A DNA stretch of 64,000 bases from a virus (Duplodnaviria; Caudoviricetes): IMG/VR virus record IMGVR_UViG_2907202186_000003, positions 64,001 through 128,000 of that record; one strand, 5' to 3'. Each line of letters opens with the position of its first letter. Positions within the stretch are counted from its first letter, which is position 1. The notes beneath the pieces are model-generated. The model was not told the origin of the DNA. It made no database searches and was given only the letters and a program-made list of their open reading frames with translations. Below are positions 18,089-26,818 of this stretch, in pieces. Made by a program: the position numbers and the translations under genes.

Positions 18089-18457
18089 TCAATACTTCAA
18101 TGCTTTTCCCTTGCCTATGGTCAATTTCCATGCAAGTAAACATCCTTCTTCAAGTTCTTGTTTGTCAGTAAAACACATATCACACTGCCCGTTTCTAAAA
18201 ATCTCGCACTGTCTCTCAACAATGTTATGAAGAGTTTTTCTTTTGATAATTCTAGCAGCAGTTCCCTTAATATATCGTTCCTCGGTGTAAACTGTTATGT
18301 ATTCTGGATCATTTTGCAGCTCTAAAGTACTTCTTTGTGGTTTAACTGTTTTTTCAAACCGTGCGGCGAACATGTAAACACGATTATTAAAGTCATCATT
18401 TACGTACACAGCCCTCATTGGAGCAGTTACATTTGTATCTTCCTCAATCTGATACAC
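18089..18457 (-). CDS. Hypothetical protein
   Basis: ORF track. Confidence 0.55.
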   Translation of the reverse strand: MYQIEEDTNVTAPMRAVYVNDDFNNRVYMFAARFEKTVKPQRSTLELQNDPEYITVYTEERYIKGTAARIIKRKTLHNIVERQCEIFRNGQCDMCFTDKQELEEGCLLAWKLTIGKGKALKY

Positions 18458-18516
18458 TTTATTAAGTGTCAGATTGTCTGTGGCTGCTGTGCATTTTCCC
18501 CACCATTTATCTCCTT

Positions 18517-18756
18517 TTAATTGTTCTCTCTCCCATCTTTGTCAATTTTCGCTCCAGCTCTAATATAAACTTCCAAGTTTCTCGGAATCTTAAACTGATT
18601 ACGATCAAATATTGGCATTTGTTCTTCCGGAATAGAGCCACCAGACACATGAAATACTTCTCCATTCCATTGTCTAACGAAACCCCAGAATCCATAATAA
18701 GGTGATTCTTTATCAATAATTTCAATCAGTTTACCTATTGAATTTTCAGGCTTCAT
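18517..18756 (-). CDS. Hypothetical SH3-like protein
   Basis: ORF track; RBS GAGGAG. Confidence 0.6.
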   Translation of the reverse strand: MKPENSIGKLIEIIDKESPYYGFWGFVRQWNGEVFHVSGGSIPEEQMPIFDRNQFKIPRNLEVYIRAGAKIDKDGRENN

Positions 18757-18857
18757 TTAAAAACAACTCCTCATGAAAAGATCCTATGATTTAGTCTTGA
18801 TCCAGCGGATCAATACGGTTTTCATAGCAGTAAGATTCTCAATTCCTTAGTAAAAGA

Positions 18858-19103
18858 TCATTTTAAAGGAAACTTTGTGTATAGTTCCTCTCTAAACTCG
18901 TCATTTTCGATTAGGTAAAATTCGTCAATGATACTTCCTTGATCGTCCCAGATTTTCATTTTCCAATCGTGCAGTATTTCAACAGAAGTTCCATAGTATT
19001 TAGTCAACGAATCAAATTTAAACTTTACTTCATTATATTGTGTACTTTCTTCGGTAACATCAATCCAATCAGACTCTAAAACATGAATACCGAACAATAT
19101 CAT
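18858..19103 (-). CDS. Hypothetical acidic protein
   Basis: ORF track; RBS GAGGAGTGA. Confidence 0.65.
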   Translation of the reverse strand: MILFGIHVLESDWIDVTEESTQYNEVKFKFDSLTKYYGTSVEILHDWKMKIWDDQGSIIDEFYLIENDEFREELYTKFPLK

Positions 19104-19140
19104 AAAAAATCACTCCTCATTAAAATATAGTTTCATCAAC

Positions 19141-19308
19141 TTAAATTGCTACAAGTTGGATGTTGGCTTTTTCTCCAGGAATAATAACCAAATCACCGTC
19201 TTCCTCACACATCTGTTTAAACAATATCATTTGTTCGTATTTCGGAAAAGTATATGTATTCATTACTAGTTTACCTAGTACCTTTTCAACAACAGCGATT
19301 TTATACAT
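19141..19308 (-). CDS. 55-aa hypothetical protein
   Basis: Manual translation MYKIAVVEKVLGKLVMNTYTFP...; RBS GAGGTGA; promoter TAGACA-18-TATAAT upstream. Confidence 0.6.
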   Translation of the reverse strand: MYKIAVVEKVLGKLVMNTYTFPKYEQMILFKQMCEEDGDLVIIPGEKANIQLVAI

Positions 19309-19401
19309 TTCAATATCACCTCTTTGTTTTGTTAGTTAAATTATACCATATGATTTTATATTATGTCTATATTTATTTTGTTAAATATAAAGGAATAAAC
19401 A

Positions 19402-20037
19402 TCATCCTTTATATTCTGTATCGCTATTCAAAATAGGATCGAAATATTTTTCCTCGGCTCGTTTACGAGCTTTTATAGCATCTTCCTTTTCGGAAAAATA
19501 CCCTAGAGATATTTGTTTCCCCTTAAATCCAATGTGTGCCGTCCATTTTTGACGGGATTCATTCCATCGTACACCCTTGTGTCCACTTTTATTGCCTTTA
19601 TGGAGCTTTGCCTTCAAAGCGGTTTTCCTCGTCCCATCCACACGGTCAGTTTTTTCATGCTCTCTTGCACCTATATCACGTTTTTCCTCTCTATTACACC
19701 CACAACTCTTATAATACCCAGCCCGCAGGCTGGCCCCGAGAACATATATAACTTCCCCACACTTGCAACGACATTCCCAAAGCCTTGTTCCGTTTGCCCC
19801 TCTTTTGTCGCTTAGTCGGATAACCTTCAAATCACCAAAATCCATGTCAGACAAGTCTTTCATTCTTGATGTGGTCCTATGGCTGCCATATTCCAATTCA
19901 GCGTCTTTTCGCGCTTGTACGGCGTCCTCGACATCAGTGAAATAGCCTAAATATTTTCGTTTTTTATTTACAAATATATAAGCACGATACTTGCCTTTGC
20001 GGCTGTCATAACTAACGTCTTTGTGATCATCTATCAT
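19402..20037 (-). CDS. AP2-domain DNA-binding protein (two AP2 domains, CxC..C motif)
   Basis: GV.W....KW.A.I...GK...LG.F....A..AR..AE motif twice; no clear HNH. Confidence 0.8.
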   Translation of the reverse strand: MIDDHKDVSYDSRKGKYRAYIFVNKKRKYLGYFTDVEDAVQARKDAELEYGSHRTTSRMKDLSDMDFGDLKVIRLSDKRGANGTRLWECRCKCGEVIYVLGASLRAGYYKSCGCNREEKRDIGAREHEKTDRVDGTRKTALKAKLHKGNKSGHKGVRWNESRQKWTAHIGFKGKQISLGYFSEKEDAIKARKRAEEKYFDPILNSDTEYKG

Positions 20038-20246
20038 TTTCCTACCTCAAATCGGCTTGCGAACCAAAGCGGAGTTAAATTACCTGTCCGCCCCTTGATT
20101 ACAGCATCTGGCCGTGAAAACCGCTTTTCCTTACCGCGGTAAGATGGATTCAACATCGCCTTAGCTGTCTTACTTACATTTTGCTGAGTGGTACCGATAT
20201 GTTCAGCAACCCACTCAGCTCCAACGTATTCAAGGGGCGGTGTTAC
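20034..20246 (-). pseudogene. HTH (AlpA/Aca-like) reading frame lacking a canonical start
   Basis: YVGAEWVAEHIGTTQQNVSKTAK...FSRPDA...PLW; no ATG/GTG/TTG upstream of the HTH in frame; overlaps the upstream stop at GTAA. Confidence 0.6.
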
Positions 20247-20497
20247 TTTACCAGTGTCACGCCTATTGGATTATACCAGTCACACATTTCTGACTCATCA
20301 GTGATTTCTTCGTACTCATCATAAACATCCCACACCAGAATATATTCGTTATTTTCTGCATCAACAGCGGTTGCTTTGTAGTGGGGGCGTTCGCCGGAAA
20401 CTCCATCAATATATGGGTCCTGTGTGGTCTTCAAGGTTTTCCCTTCAAAATCAATCACCGTCGAGTTAAACTCGTTCAGATCGCTAAAAGTTTTCAC
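20243..20497 (-). CDS. Small acidic protein (Acr-like candidate)
   Basis: GTG start after AAGGAGG; 84 aa, D/E rich. Confidence 0.65.
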   Translation of the reverse strand: MKTFSDLNEFNSTVIDFEGKTLKTTQDPYIDGVSGERPHYKATAVDAENNEYILVWDVYDEYEEITDESEMCDWYNPIGVTLVK

Positions 20498-20511
20498 TAA
20501 ATTTTTCCTCC

Positions 20512-20540
20512 TTGACATCATATTTAATATGATTTAATTT
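20512..20540 (+). promoter_or_regulatory. Promoter with embedded palindromic operator
   Basis: TTGACA at 20512; ATCATATT-T-AATATGAT at 20517-20533; AT-rich -10 candidates. Confidence 0.55.
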
Positions 20541-20552
20541 AAAAATGTAAGT

Positions 20553-20584
20553 GTCGCACCCCGTGCGAGTGCGTGGATTGAAAT
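20553..20584 (+). CRISPR. Solitary type I-C CRISPR repeat unit (not an array)
   Basis: GTCGCACCCCGTGCGAGTGCGTGGATTGAAAT, 32 nt, with I-C hallmark ends GTCGC and GCGTGGATTGAAAT. Confidence 0.85.
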
Positions 20585-20606
20585 ATTCTTATAGTATTTC
20601 AGCAGG

Positions 20607-20627
20607 AGGCCCTTTACGGGGCCTTTT
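20607..20627 (+). terminator. Intrinsic terminator
   Basis: AGGCCC-TTTACG-GGGCCT followed by TTT. Confidence 0.7.
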
Positions 20628-20657
20628 GTGTTACCATCCCGATGATGCCCTCTTAAT

Positions 20658-21059
20658 TTAAAATAGTTGCGCAATCACGAGAGCGTCCTTTATTACAATC
20701 TCTCCGTGATCAGGATCGTCATGGCGTCCCAGGCGCTTACTGGCGATTATGTAACAATGATCGGTACCAAAAATTTGGTCGCGCGCCTTTTCAGCTGCGA
20801 AGGAAGAATATTCGTAAGTCTGGCTGATTGACATGTCCCAGGCGGATGTACCGTTAAGAAGTTCCATCTCCTCGTATTCCTCTGTCCCGTATTTAGGGAA
20901 CTCCCTTTCATCTTCGCGATCAGCGTTATGGCGGCTGTATTCGCATTCCTCACCGATCGCGCGTTCCTTGTTTTCAAAACGAAGTCCGATAAAATAGAAT
21001 TCATTCTCATTGGCGACGTAGATTTCTTTAGCCTCCGCGTACATTTCTGCGACTGTCAT
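20658..21059 (-). CDS. Acidic 133-aa protein (Acr-like candidate)
   Basis: Start MTVAEM after GGAGG; own promoter. Confidence 0.7.
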   Translation of the reverse strand: MTVAEMYAEAKEIYVANENEFYFIGLRFENKERAIGEECEYSRHNADREDEREFPKYGTEEYEEMELLNGTSAWDMSISQTYEYSSFAAEKARDQIFGTDHCYIIASKRLGRHDDPDHGEIVIKDALVIAQLF

Positions 21060-21108
21060 CTTAATTCCTCCTTCATATATTTTTCCGTGATTCCTTGTTG
21101 TTGGTTTT

Positions 21109-21141
21109 ATTATATCACACAAGGTTGTGCTACACAACCTT
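21109..21141 (-). promoter_or_regulatory. Promoter with inverted-repeat operator over the -35
   Basis: TTGTGT-17-TATAAT with extended TG; AAGGTTGTG-3-CACAACCTT at 21121-21141. Confidence 0.7.
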
Positions 21142-21272
21142 TTCTTGAAAATATTATAATTTCCATACACAAATAACTCCAAGCAACAAAACTAACTCGC
21201 TTGGAGTTTGATAAAATTAATCTTTCATTAAGAAAGACAACCCCGAAAATAAGATTGTCTTTGCAATATAAA

Positions 21273-21458
21273 TTATTCAGTTTCAGTCCAGTACATGATT
21301 TTCACATGATTTGGAGTGGTTTTTTCTAACCTCACAATCTGTTCTTTTACATAATCATGTACTTCTCTCTCTTCTCCATTTGGAACATCGTAAATGCTTG
21401 CTCTTTTGTTGTGCTGTACTCTGTCAACAAATAGAATGTAATCAACTTCGAGTGTCAT
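21273..21458 (-). CDS. Hypothetical protein
   Basis: ORF track; RBS GAGGGG. Confidence 0.6.
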   Translation of the reverse strand: MTLEVDYILFVDRVQHNKRASIYDVPNGEEREVHDYVKEQIVRLEKTTPNHVKIMYWTETE

Positions 21459-21558
21459 GATTGCCAGCCCCTCTATATGTAATTATTTTCCTGTTATATC
21501 TTTACGCTTGTCGGAGTCAAAGTTTACTAGCCGAGAGATTGTTATCAAAAAAATAAAG

Positions 21559-22053
21559 TTAGGAGTTACTTTTTAGTTTTACCTTATATTTTTCAGCTAG
21601 TTCTTTTACTTTATCCTGATATTCTCGCATCATCTTCCTTGCCTCTGAAAGCTTCTCATTCGCTTCAGTAATAGTCTTTATATCCTGTTCTTCTAGAGCA
21701 TAAGCGATTGTTGTTAAAGCTGAATTCTGACGATTTAATCCGTCTATATAAATATTATGTACTTCTCGTAACTCTTTTGATTCAATTTTAACACTTTCAA
21801 CTTTTCCAGTGAACTCGTTATAACCAGGTATTACTTTGTCCACCAAAACGTTGTAGGTTGTTTCGTCATCCGTAAAATTTGCTCCTGTTACACTTTCATA
21901 GGTATTAACTAACTCCTGTTCTTCAGTAAACAGAGGAACCATTTGTTCGTTAATATAAGACAGTAATTCTTCTGTTACCGGGTCAGTTTTGCTACACCCC
22001 ATTAGAACATTAAAGAGCAACATAGTGCTGATAAGAATTATTAACTTTTTCAA
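21559..22053 (-). CDS. Lipoprotein (helical bundle)
   Basis: Signal peptide with lipobox LMGC. Confidence 0.8.
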   Translation of the reverse strand: MKKLIILISTMLLFNVLMGCSKTDPVTEELLSYINEQMVPLFTEEQELVNTYESVTGANFTDDETTYNVLVDKVIPGYNEFTGKVESVKIESKELREVHNIYIDGLNRQNSALTTIAYALEEQDIKTITEANEKLSEARKMMREYQDKVKELAEKYKVKLKSNS

Positions 22054-22189
22054 AAGAAAACCTCCTAGTCTTAAATACCTTTTATCTTGTAGATTATAAT
22101 GGAAAATAGTTCAAAAGCAATAGGGTATTTGGAACTAATTACATCTAATTCATTTCACAACTCTTCTTATTTTTCATGAAATAACTGTT

Positions 22190-22435
22190 TTATCCAACTT
22201 TATCTTCTATTACCTGACAGACTGTGTGTGTAAGTACTAAAAATGTTAATGTAAATAATAAAAACGGAAAACTATTGTGCCATCCTTCTTGAAATACACA
22301 CTGTGTATCTAATACTCCAAAAACAAAACAAGCGATACCAAATAATACAAGTCTACATTTAGATAATTTCTCCATTGTCCATATCTCCTTTTTGTAAAAT
22401 TCTGCTTTTAACAGCTTCCTAATTAATAACTCCAA
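22190..22435 (-). CDS. Small 2-TM membrane protein (likely starts MEKLSK)
   Basis: Two hydrophobic stretches; internal RBS AAGGAG. Confidence 0.55.
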   Translation of the reverse strand: MELLIRKLLKAEFYKKEIWTMEKLSKCRLVLFGIACFVFGVLDTQCVFQEGWHNSFPFLLFTLTFLVLTHTVCQVIEDKVG

Positions 22436-22738
22436 CTAATTTTGATCAAAAATCATGCAGTACTCACAATCATCAAAAATGGCCTTTTCAATTTCTTTAT
22501 TGGTTGCATCCTCCCAAACAGTTACCTTCCCGTTATATGTACCAATTGGCCTGACACTAATTGTATATTCGACTTCCTTGATTTTTCTTTGTTCGCTGTA
22601 CGCTTTCTCTGCTGCTATAAGATTCTCAATAGCTTCATCAAACTCAGCTCTAGTTCGATTATTGTTTGTTGTTCCTGCAATACATGCCTTTTGATTAACA
22701 ATGGATTGCAATTTCTCAATATCTTTTCTTGTGATCAT
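22436..22738 (-). CDS. Hypothetical protein
   Basis: ORF track; RBS GAGGTGA. Confidence 0.6.
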   Translation of the reverse strand: MITRKDIEKLQSIVNQKACIAGTTNNNRTRAEFDEAIENLIAAEKAYSEQRKIKEVEYTISVRPIGTYNGKVTVWEDATNKEIEKAIFDDCEYCMIFDQN

Positions 22739-22770
22739 TTCTCTTTCTCACCTCTTATAAAATACTGTTT

Positions 22771-23058
22771 TTATTGGAAGTACATTTCCTCGATTTTACG
22801 TTTAAATCGCGCTAAATTATTTTTTGCTTGTTGGTATGATCCATTCAAACCCTTCAACTCCAACGAATCAATTTGAGCACCAAATTGATTAAACACCGTT
22901 ACCGATAAATCAAAATCTCCAAAAAACTTATGATTTTCATTAAATATATTTTCTTTCCCTACTATTTCTGCCTGAGCTTTATAGTTGTTATTGCTTAAAT
23001 ACTCCAGCGAACAATTTTTTATATCAAGTTTCTCAGTTGCCCATTCCATCTTTACCAC
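22771..23058 (-). CDS. Hypothetical protein
   Basis: ORF track; RBS AAGGAG. Confidence 0.6.
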   Translation of the reverse strand: MVKMEWATEKLDIKNCSLEYLSNNNYKAQAEIVGKENIFNENHKFFGDFDLSVTVFNQFGAQIDSLELKGLNGSYQQAKNNLARFKRKIEEMYFQ

Positions 23059-23077
23059 TCCTTATAAAATCGTTGTT

Positions 23078-23359
23078 TCACTTAGATTCCTTAAATACCT
23101 GGTCATAATTTCCTTCAACATCTACTAAATGCAAATATGAATAAATCTGTGCAACAATATCTTTAATCTCTTTTCTTTGTCGTAGAACAAAGTTACGGTA
23201 CAATTCATCTTTTAATAGTTCTTCTCCCACCAGACCGGAGAGCATCTCAATTTTACTTGTGATATCTGCAATCTCATTTCCCATTGCCTTCACTTTATTT
23301 CTTGCATATCCTGTAAAGTGGATCTCTTTTTCAATGCTTTCCAATTGATCTCGATTCAT
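23078..23359 (-). CDS. Hypothetical protein
   Basis: ORF track; RBS AAGGAG. Confidence 0.6.
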   Translation of the reverse strand: MNRDQLESIEKEIHFTGYARNKVKAMGNEIADITSKIEMLSGLVGEELLKDELYRNFVLRQRKEIKDIVAQIYSYLHLVDVEGNYDQVFKESK

Positions 23360-23389
23360 TTAGTTAACTCCTTATATTATGTATTTTTA

Positions 23390-23485
23390 TTAAATAACCG
23401 TTTTAATAATGATAAGCCCCCATAAACCGATGCACAGTGAATACAAGATTGCATTTTCAAACGTTAGATGCTTCATAATTCTCAT
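23390..23485 (-). CDS. 31-aa hydrophobic peptide
   Basis: MRIMKHLTFENAILYSLCIGLWGLIIIKTVI; RBS GGAGG. Confidence 0.5.
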   Translation of the reverse strand: MRIMKHLTFENAILYSLCIGLWGLIIIKTVI

Positions 23486-23762
23486 GTGATTTCCTCCACC
23501 TAATCTATAAAGCGTTGCTGTTCTTTATCATGTGAAAGTAACCTTTCATACAGAGAATTCATATCGTTCACATATAAATCGAGTAAAAAATTTAAATAGA
23601 TAAACTCCTCAATGGATGCAATTTGCTGGTCTATTGCATCCATGATCTCATCAGGTAAAAGCGCAGGAAGCAATATACTGGAGGTTTCCTGCGCTTACCT
23701 GATAATTAACGTATGTACATTTTATATCGCTCTCTCTATGCATTGTTGTGGTCTCATAAACT

Positions 23763-24005
23763 CTACCAAAAACATGATCCAGTATTATTATATGTTACCT
23801 GATGAATTCCTTTTGTTTTAAGGAAAGCCTCCAATTTACTATAAAATTCATTTGAGGGATTAAGAACGAAACTGCTAACAAACGCATTATCAGTTATGCC
23901 TATATCAACTTTAAATCCGTTTCGTCTTAGCTTAATTATTGATCCCATGTTTTTAAGCGTTTGATTAAATTCATTTATATATTCTTCAGTAATTTCACTC
24001 ATCAA
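23763..24005 (-). CDS. Hypothetical protein
   Basis: ORF track; RBS AAGGAG. Confidence 0.6.
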   Translation of the reverse strand: MMSEITEEYINEFNQTLKNMGSIIKLRRNGFKVDIGITDNAFVSSFVLNPSNEFYSKLEAFLKTKGIHQVTYNNTGSCFW

Positions 24006-24090
24006 ACTTCCACTCCTTTTTAATATGAATCGATTTTCAGGATACCATCTCTTAAAGTTGTAGTAAAGACGAATAGGAGAATTATATCCC

Positions 24091-24591
24091 CTATTCTAAT
24101 CCGCACTTATCACAAAATTCATCCCATGCCTTATCATATTTCTTACTTCCCGATCTACCTCCAAACTCTTTAGACCACATGTCTGCTACAATTTGAAATT
24201 GTCTATCAGTTAGGTCTTCGATTTCTTTCATGAATAACTCTTGTGCTATGCTGTAGCAAAATCCCTTTTCCTGTATTCTTATTTCGATACCACTTGGTGG
24301 ATAATATCGCTTATTGTCTTTATCCATCAGATAATCGATAAGCCATCCGTTTTTCTCATAATAGTACTCGCGCGTTTTCTGTTCTTCTGTTTCTCTTGCC
24401 TCAATTTGTGCGTGTCTGTCTGCCTTAAACTTTATGTATTCGTCAACATTTCTTTTGTTTCCCATTTCCCAAACTTTGATGCCTGACACAATCTGCACAC
24501 ATTCGCTACCATATGGCTTACCTTGATACTCGAAAATGTTCTTGATACCTTGACCACATCTCGTACAATTAGAAATGATTCCTGTTTCCAT
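24091..24591 (-). CDS. Hypothetical protein with N-terminal Cys cluster
   Basis: CTRCG...YGSEC; RBS GGAGG. Confidence 0.7.
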   Translation of the reverse strand: METGIISNCTRCGQGIKNIFEYQGKPYGSECVQIVSGIKVWEMGNKRNVDEYIKFKADRHAQIEARETEEQKTREYYYEKNGWLIDYLMDKDNKRYYPPSGIEIRIQEKGFCYSIAQELFMKEIEDLTDRQFQIVADMWSKEFGGRSGSKKYDKAWDEFCDKCGLE

Positions 24592-24718
24592 TTTTGACCG
24601 CCTCCGTGTTTTAACTTATAACTAATTATAACACGGGTTATGCATTTACACAATAATATGTTTATATTTATTTTATTGTTTTTACTTAAAATAAGCATTT
24701 CATCGTGTTTTATAAACC

Positions 24719-24934
24719 TTATGTATCACTGTTGGAATTCTCTATTAGAATTTCACAAGCACTATCAAATACAATTTCTTTCGACAACTGATATCGCTCT
24801 TTATTCTTCTCATAATGCACTACAAACATAGGATAAAGTTGCAATTCACTACAACCTTCTTTCATGAGTCTCATCTTTAATACTTTTAGATGAGTTCTTA
24901 AATGCTCAACAGTTTTTATCTCCAAGTTAACCAC
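24719..24934 (-). CDS. Hypothetical protein
   Basis: ORF track. Confidence 0.5.
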   Translation of the reverse strand: MVNLEIKTVEHLRTHLKVLKMRLMKEGCSELQLYPMFVVHYEKNKERYQLSKEIVFDSACEILIENSNSDT

Positions 24935-24951
24935 ACCTTATTACATTTATT

Positions 24952-25173
24952 TTATTTACTGCTATAACCAGAAGAACGAATTATGCTTTCAATCGAATTT
25001 ATATTGTTTCTCTCTAAAATAATGTTTCTTACCCAATTCGGCCTATTTAATTTATTTTTATAAAAGGCTTTTTGGAATACCTTTATGTTTCCTTCGCCCG
25101 TAAATATGGCAATTTTACAAGGTGTATTTTGCATTGCTTTTATTGTTCCTTCATAAATCTTAAATAATTTCAT
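24952..25173 (-). CDS. Hypothetical basic protein
   Basis: ORF track; RBS AGGAG. Confidence 0.6.
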   Translation of the reverse strand: MKLFKIYEGTIKAMQNTPCKIAIFTGEGNIKVFQKAFYKNKLNRPNWVRNIILERNNINSIESIIRSSGYSSK

Positions 25174-25197
25174 TTTTATTTCTCCTATAATTAATAA

Positions 25198-25344
25198 CTA
25201 CCATTCTCTACCGTTTCTGACCGCTTCTAAATTTTCTTTTGCGTGGTTAATGTATTCTTCTTTTCGAGAATCATTTCCATAAGCACTAACTACCTTTTCC
25301 AATTGTTTTTCATAATACTTAATTAGCTCTTCTCTTGTTTTCAT
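25198..25344 (-). CDS. 48-aa hypothetical protein
   Basis: Manual translation MKTREELIKYYEKQLEKV...GREW; RBS GAGGGGG. Confidence 0.6.
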   Translation of the reverse strand: MKTREELIKYYEKQLEKVVSAYGNDSRKEEYINHAKENLEAVRNGREW

Positions 25345-25402
25345 TTTTTCATTCCCCCTCTAATTTGTTGGTGAAACAAGCGTTACTTAGATACTTTTTA
25401 CT

Positions 25403-25642
25403 CTAGATCCCTTCAACCTCAATTACTCTATCAATCATTTCTTCCAGGTCCAAGACAGACTTTTCATTAACTTTAATTTGATTTTTATATACTTCAATTG
25501 TGCATTTTTCTGTAAGTATTGTTGCTGTAGGTGCAATTACAAATGTTGTACTGTCTCCTGCTACTTCGTGACCATAACCATATGTATTCAATTTCTCGCT
25601 GATTGAGTTGACCAGTTTTTCAATGCTCTTCATCGGTATCAC
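25403..25642 (-). CDS. Hypothetical protein
   Basis: ORF track. Confidence 0.6.
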   Translation of the reverse strand: MIPMKSIEKLVNSISEKLNTYGYGHEVAGDSTTFVIAPTATILTEKCTIEVYKNQIKVNEKSVLDLEEMIDRVIEVEGI

Positions 25643-25669
25643 TTCCTTATAATTTGTATAATTACTTTA

Positions 25670-25807
25670 TTAAATGTTATATCTAAGTGGATAGATTTTT
25701 TCCTTCCTGTGGCAATATACATAAATAGTATTATTGTGAAATCCTATTGTTTCCATTTTTGTCCCAGCGATATGAAAAATGAAACCTTTCTCCGTTATGT
25801 TTTTCAT
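25670..25807 (-). CDS. 45-aa hypothetical protein
   Basis: Manual translation MKNITEKGFIFHIAG...; RBS GGAGGGG. Confidence 0.5.
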   Translation of the reverse strand: MKNITEKGFIFHIAGTKMETIGFHNNTIYVYCHRKEKIYPLRYNI

Positions 25808-25845
25808 CTTTTGTCCCCTCCAGTTTAGTTGAAACAAGAATTTTA

Positions 25846-26157
25846 TCAATTGTCGATCATTTGCAGATTATTTCTTGTAATAAAAGCTTTAACTTCTGAA
25901 ACACCCCAAGCTTCTTTTCCCCAATCTTTTATATTTTCACTTTCAAAATTCTCTACTCTATTAAATTCAACCGAAACTCCTTCTTCAATGAGTTTATCAA
26001 GGCACGAAGAATGTCTGTATGTCTCCATTTGATAAAATTCTTTATGCTCATCTTCGATAAGTAGACCTTTTTTTTCTATAAAGCAGAGTTTGATTTTTTT
26101 CTGCTCTAATTCTGATAATACATCTTTAAAATCCACAATAATCTTTTTATTTTTCAT
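25846..26157 (-). CDS. Hypothetical protein
   Basis: ORF track; RBS GGAGG. Confidence 0.65.
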   Translation of the reverse strand: MKNKKIIVDFKDVLSELEQKKIKLCFIEKKGLLIEDEHKEFYQMETYRHSSCLDKLIEEGVSVEFNRVENFESENIKDWGKEAWGVSEVKAFITRNNLQMIDN

Positions 26158-26218
26158 TTCTTATTCCTCCGTGTTCTATGAAATCACTCTTTCACTTACT
26201 GTTTTAGAAGGACACATA

Positions 26219-26698
26219 CTATTTTATATGTGTCCACAACTTACCCGAGTTCTTACTTTGACATTTCTTGCAAACATGTGCACCATCAGGTGGTAAATCT
26301 AATGGATCACCTTGAAGCAAATTAGGTCTATCAAGATTGTAACTTTGACAAGATGGATATCTATTATTCTCGATTTCAAATCCAATTTTATGCCACGTTC
26401 CTGTTTTTGATTGCATCCACTTTTTAAGTCCAGCAGATTCCTCAATTGCTTTACTTGTATTTTTATTTTCTTTTTTTGCTTCTATATTTTGACGTTTGAG
26501 TAAATCTTGTTTCGCTCTGTTCAGATCACGCTGCAGTATGCCAATTTCAACTGCTGCTTTTCTTTCTTCAGAACCTGCAGGAAATGTTGCCCAGCACTCT
26601 AAAGGGTCAGCTCCTAAATTTTTTAGAGTTTCAACTTGTACTAAGATTTTCGATTCATATCTTTCAACCTTTTTAACGGCTGCCTCAAGTTTGTTCAC
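26219..26698 (-). CDS. Hypothetical protein with C-terminal H..C..CxxC Zn motif
   Basis: ORF track; RBS GGAGG. Confidence 0.65.
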   Translation of the reverse strand: MNKLEAAVKKVERYESKILVQVETLKNLGADPLECWATFPAGSEERKAAVEIGILQRDLNRAKQDLLKRQNIEAKKENKNTSKAIEESAGLKKWMQSKTGTWHKIGFEIENNRYPSCQSYNLDRPNLLQGDPLDLPPDGAHVCKKCQSKNSGKLWTHIK

Positions 26699-26760
26699 TT
26701 TGTCAACCCTCCATAATCGGATAAAATGAGTATTTCTTTTAACGATTTAGTTATATTATT

Positions 26761-26789
26761 ATTATATTTACTTTATAATAAAATGTCAA
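26761..26789 (-). promoter_or_regulatory. Consensus sigmaA promoter facing the accessory array
   Basis: TTGACA-17-TATAAT. Confidence 0.8.
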
Positions 26790-26818
26790 GCCTTTGTTTT
26801 CTTTTTTTAAAGCGAAAT

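Noticed and set aside
19402-20037. HNH homing endonuclease
   Set aside because: AP2 domains are present, but no HNH catalytic motif is recognisable.
20553-20584. CRISPR array or cas locus
   Set aside because: Only one repeat copy was found and there are no cas genes; reported as a solitary repeat unit.
20747-21010. Alternative-frame ORF inside the acr-like gene
   Set aside because: It overlaps a better-supported ORF and has no RBS.
6099-24040. Extra 18-mer-like matches at about 6099, 12057 and 24023
   Set aside because: Two or more arm mismatches; not distinguishable from AT-rich chance matches.
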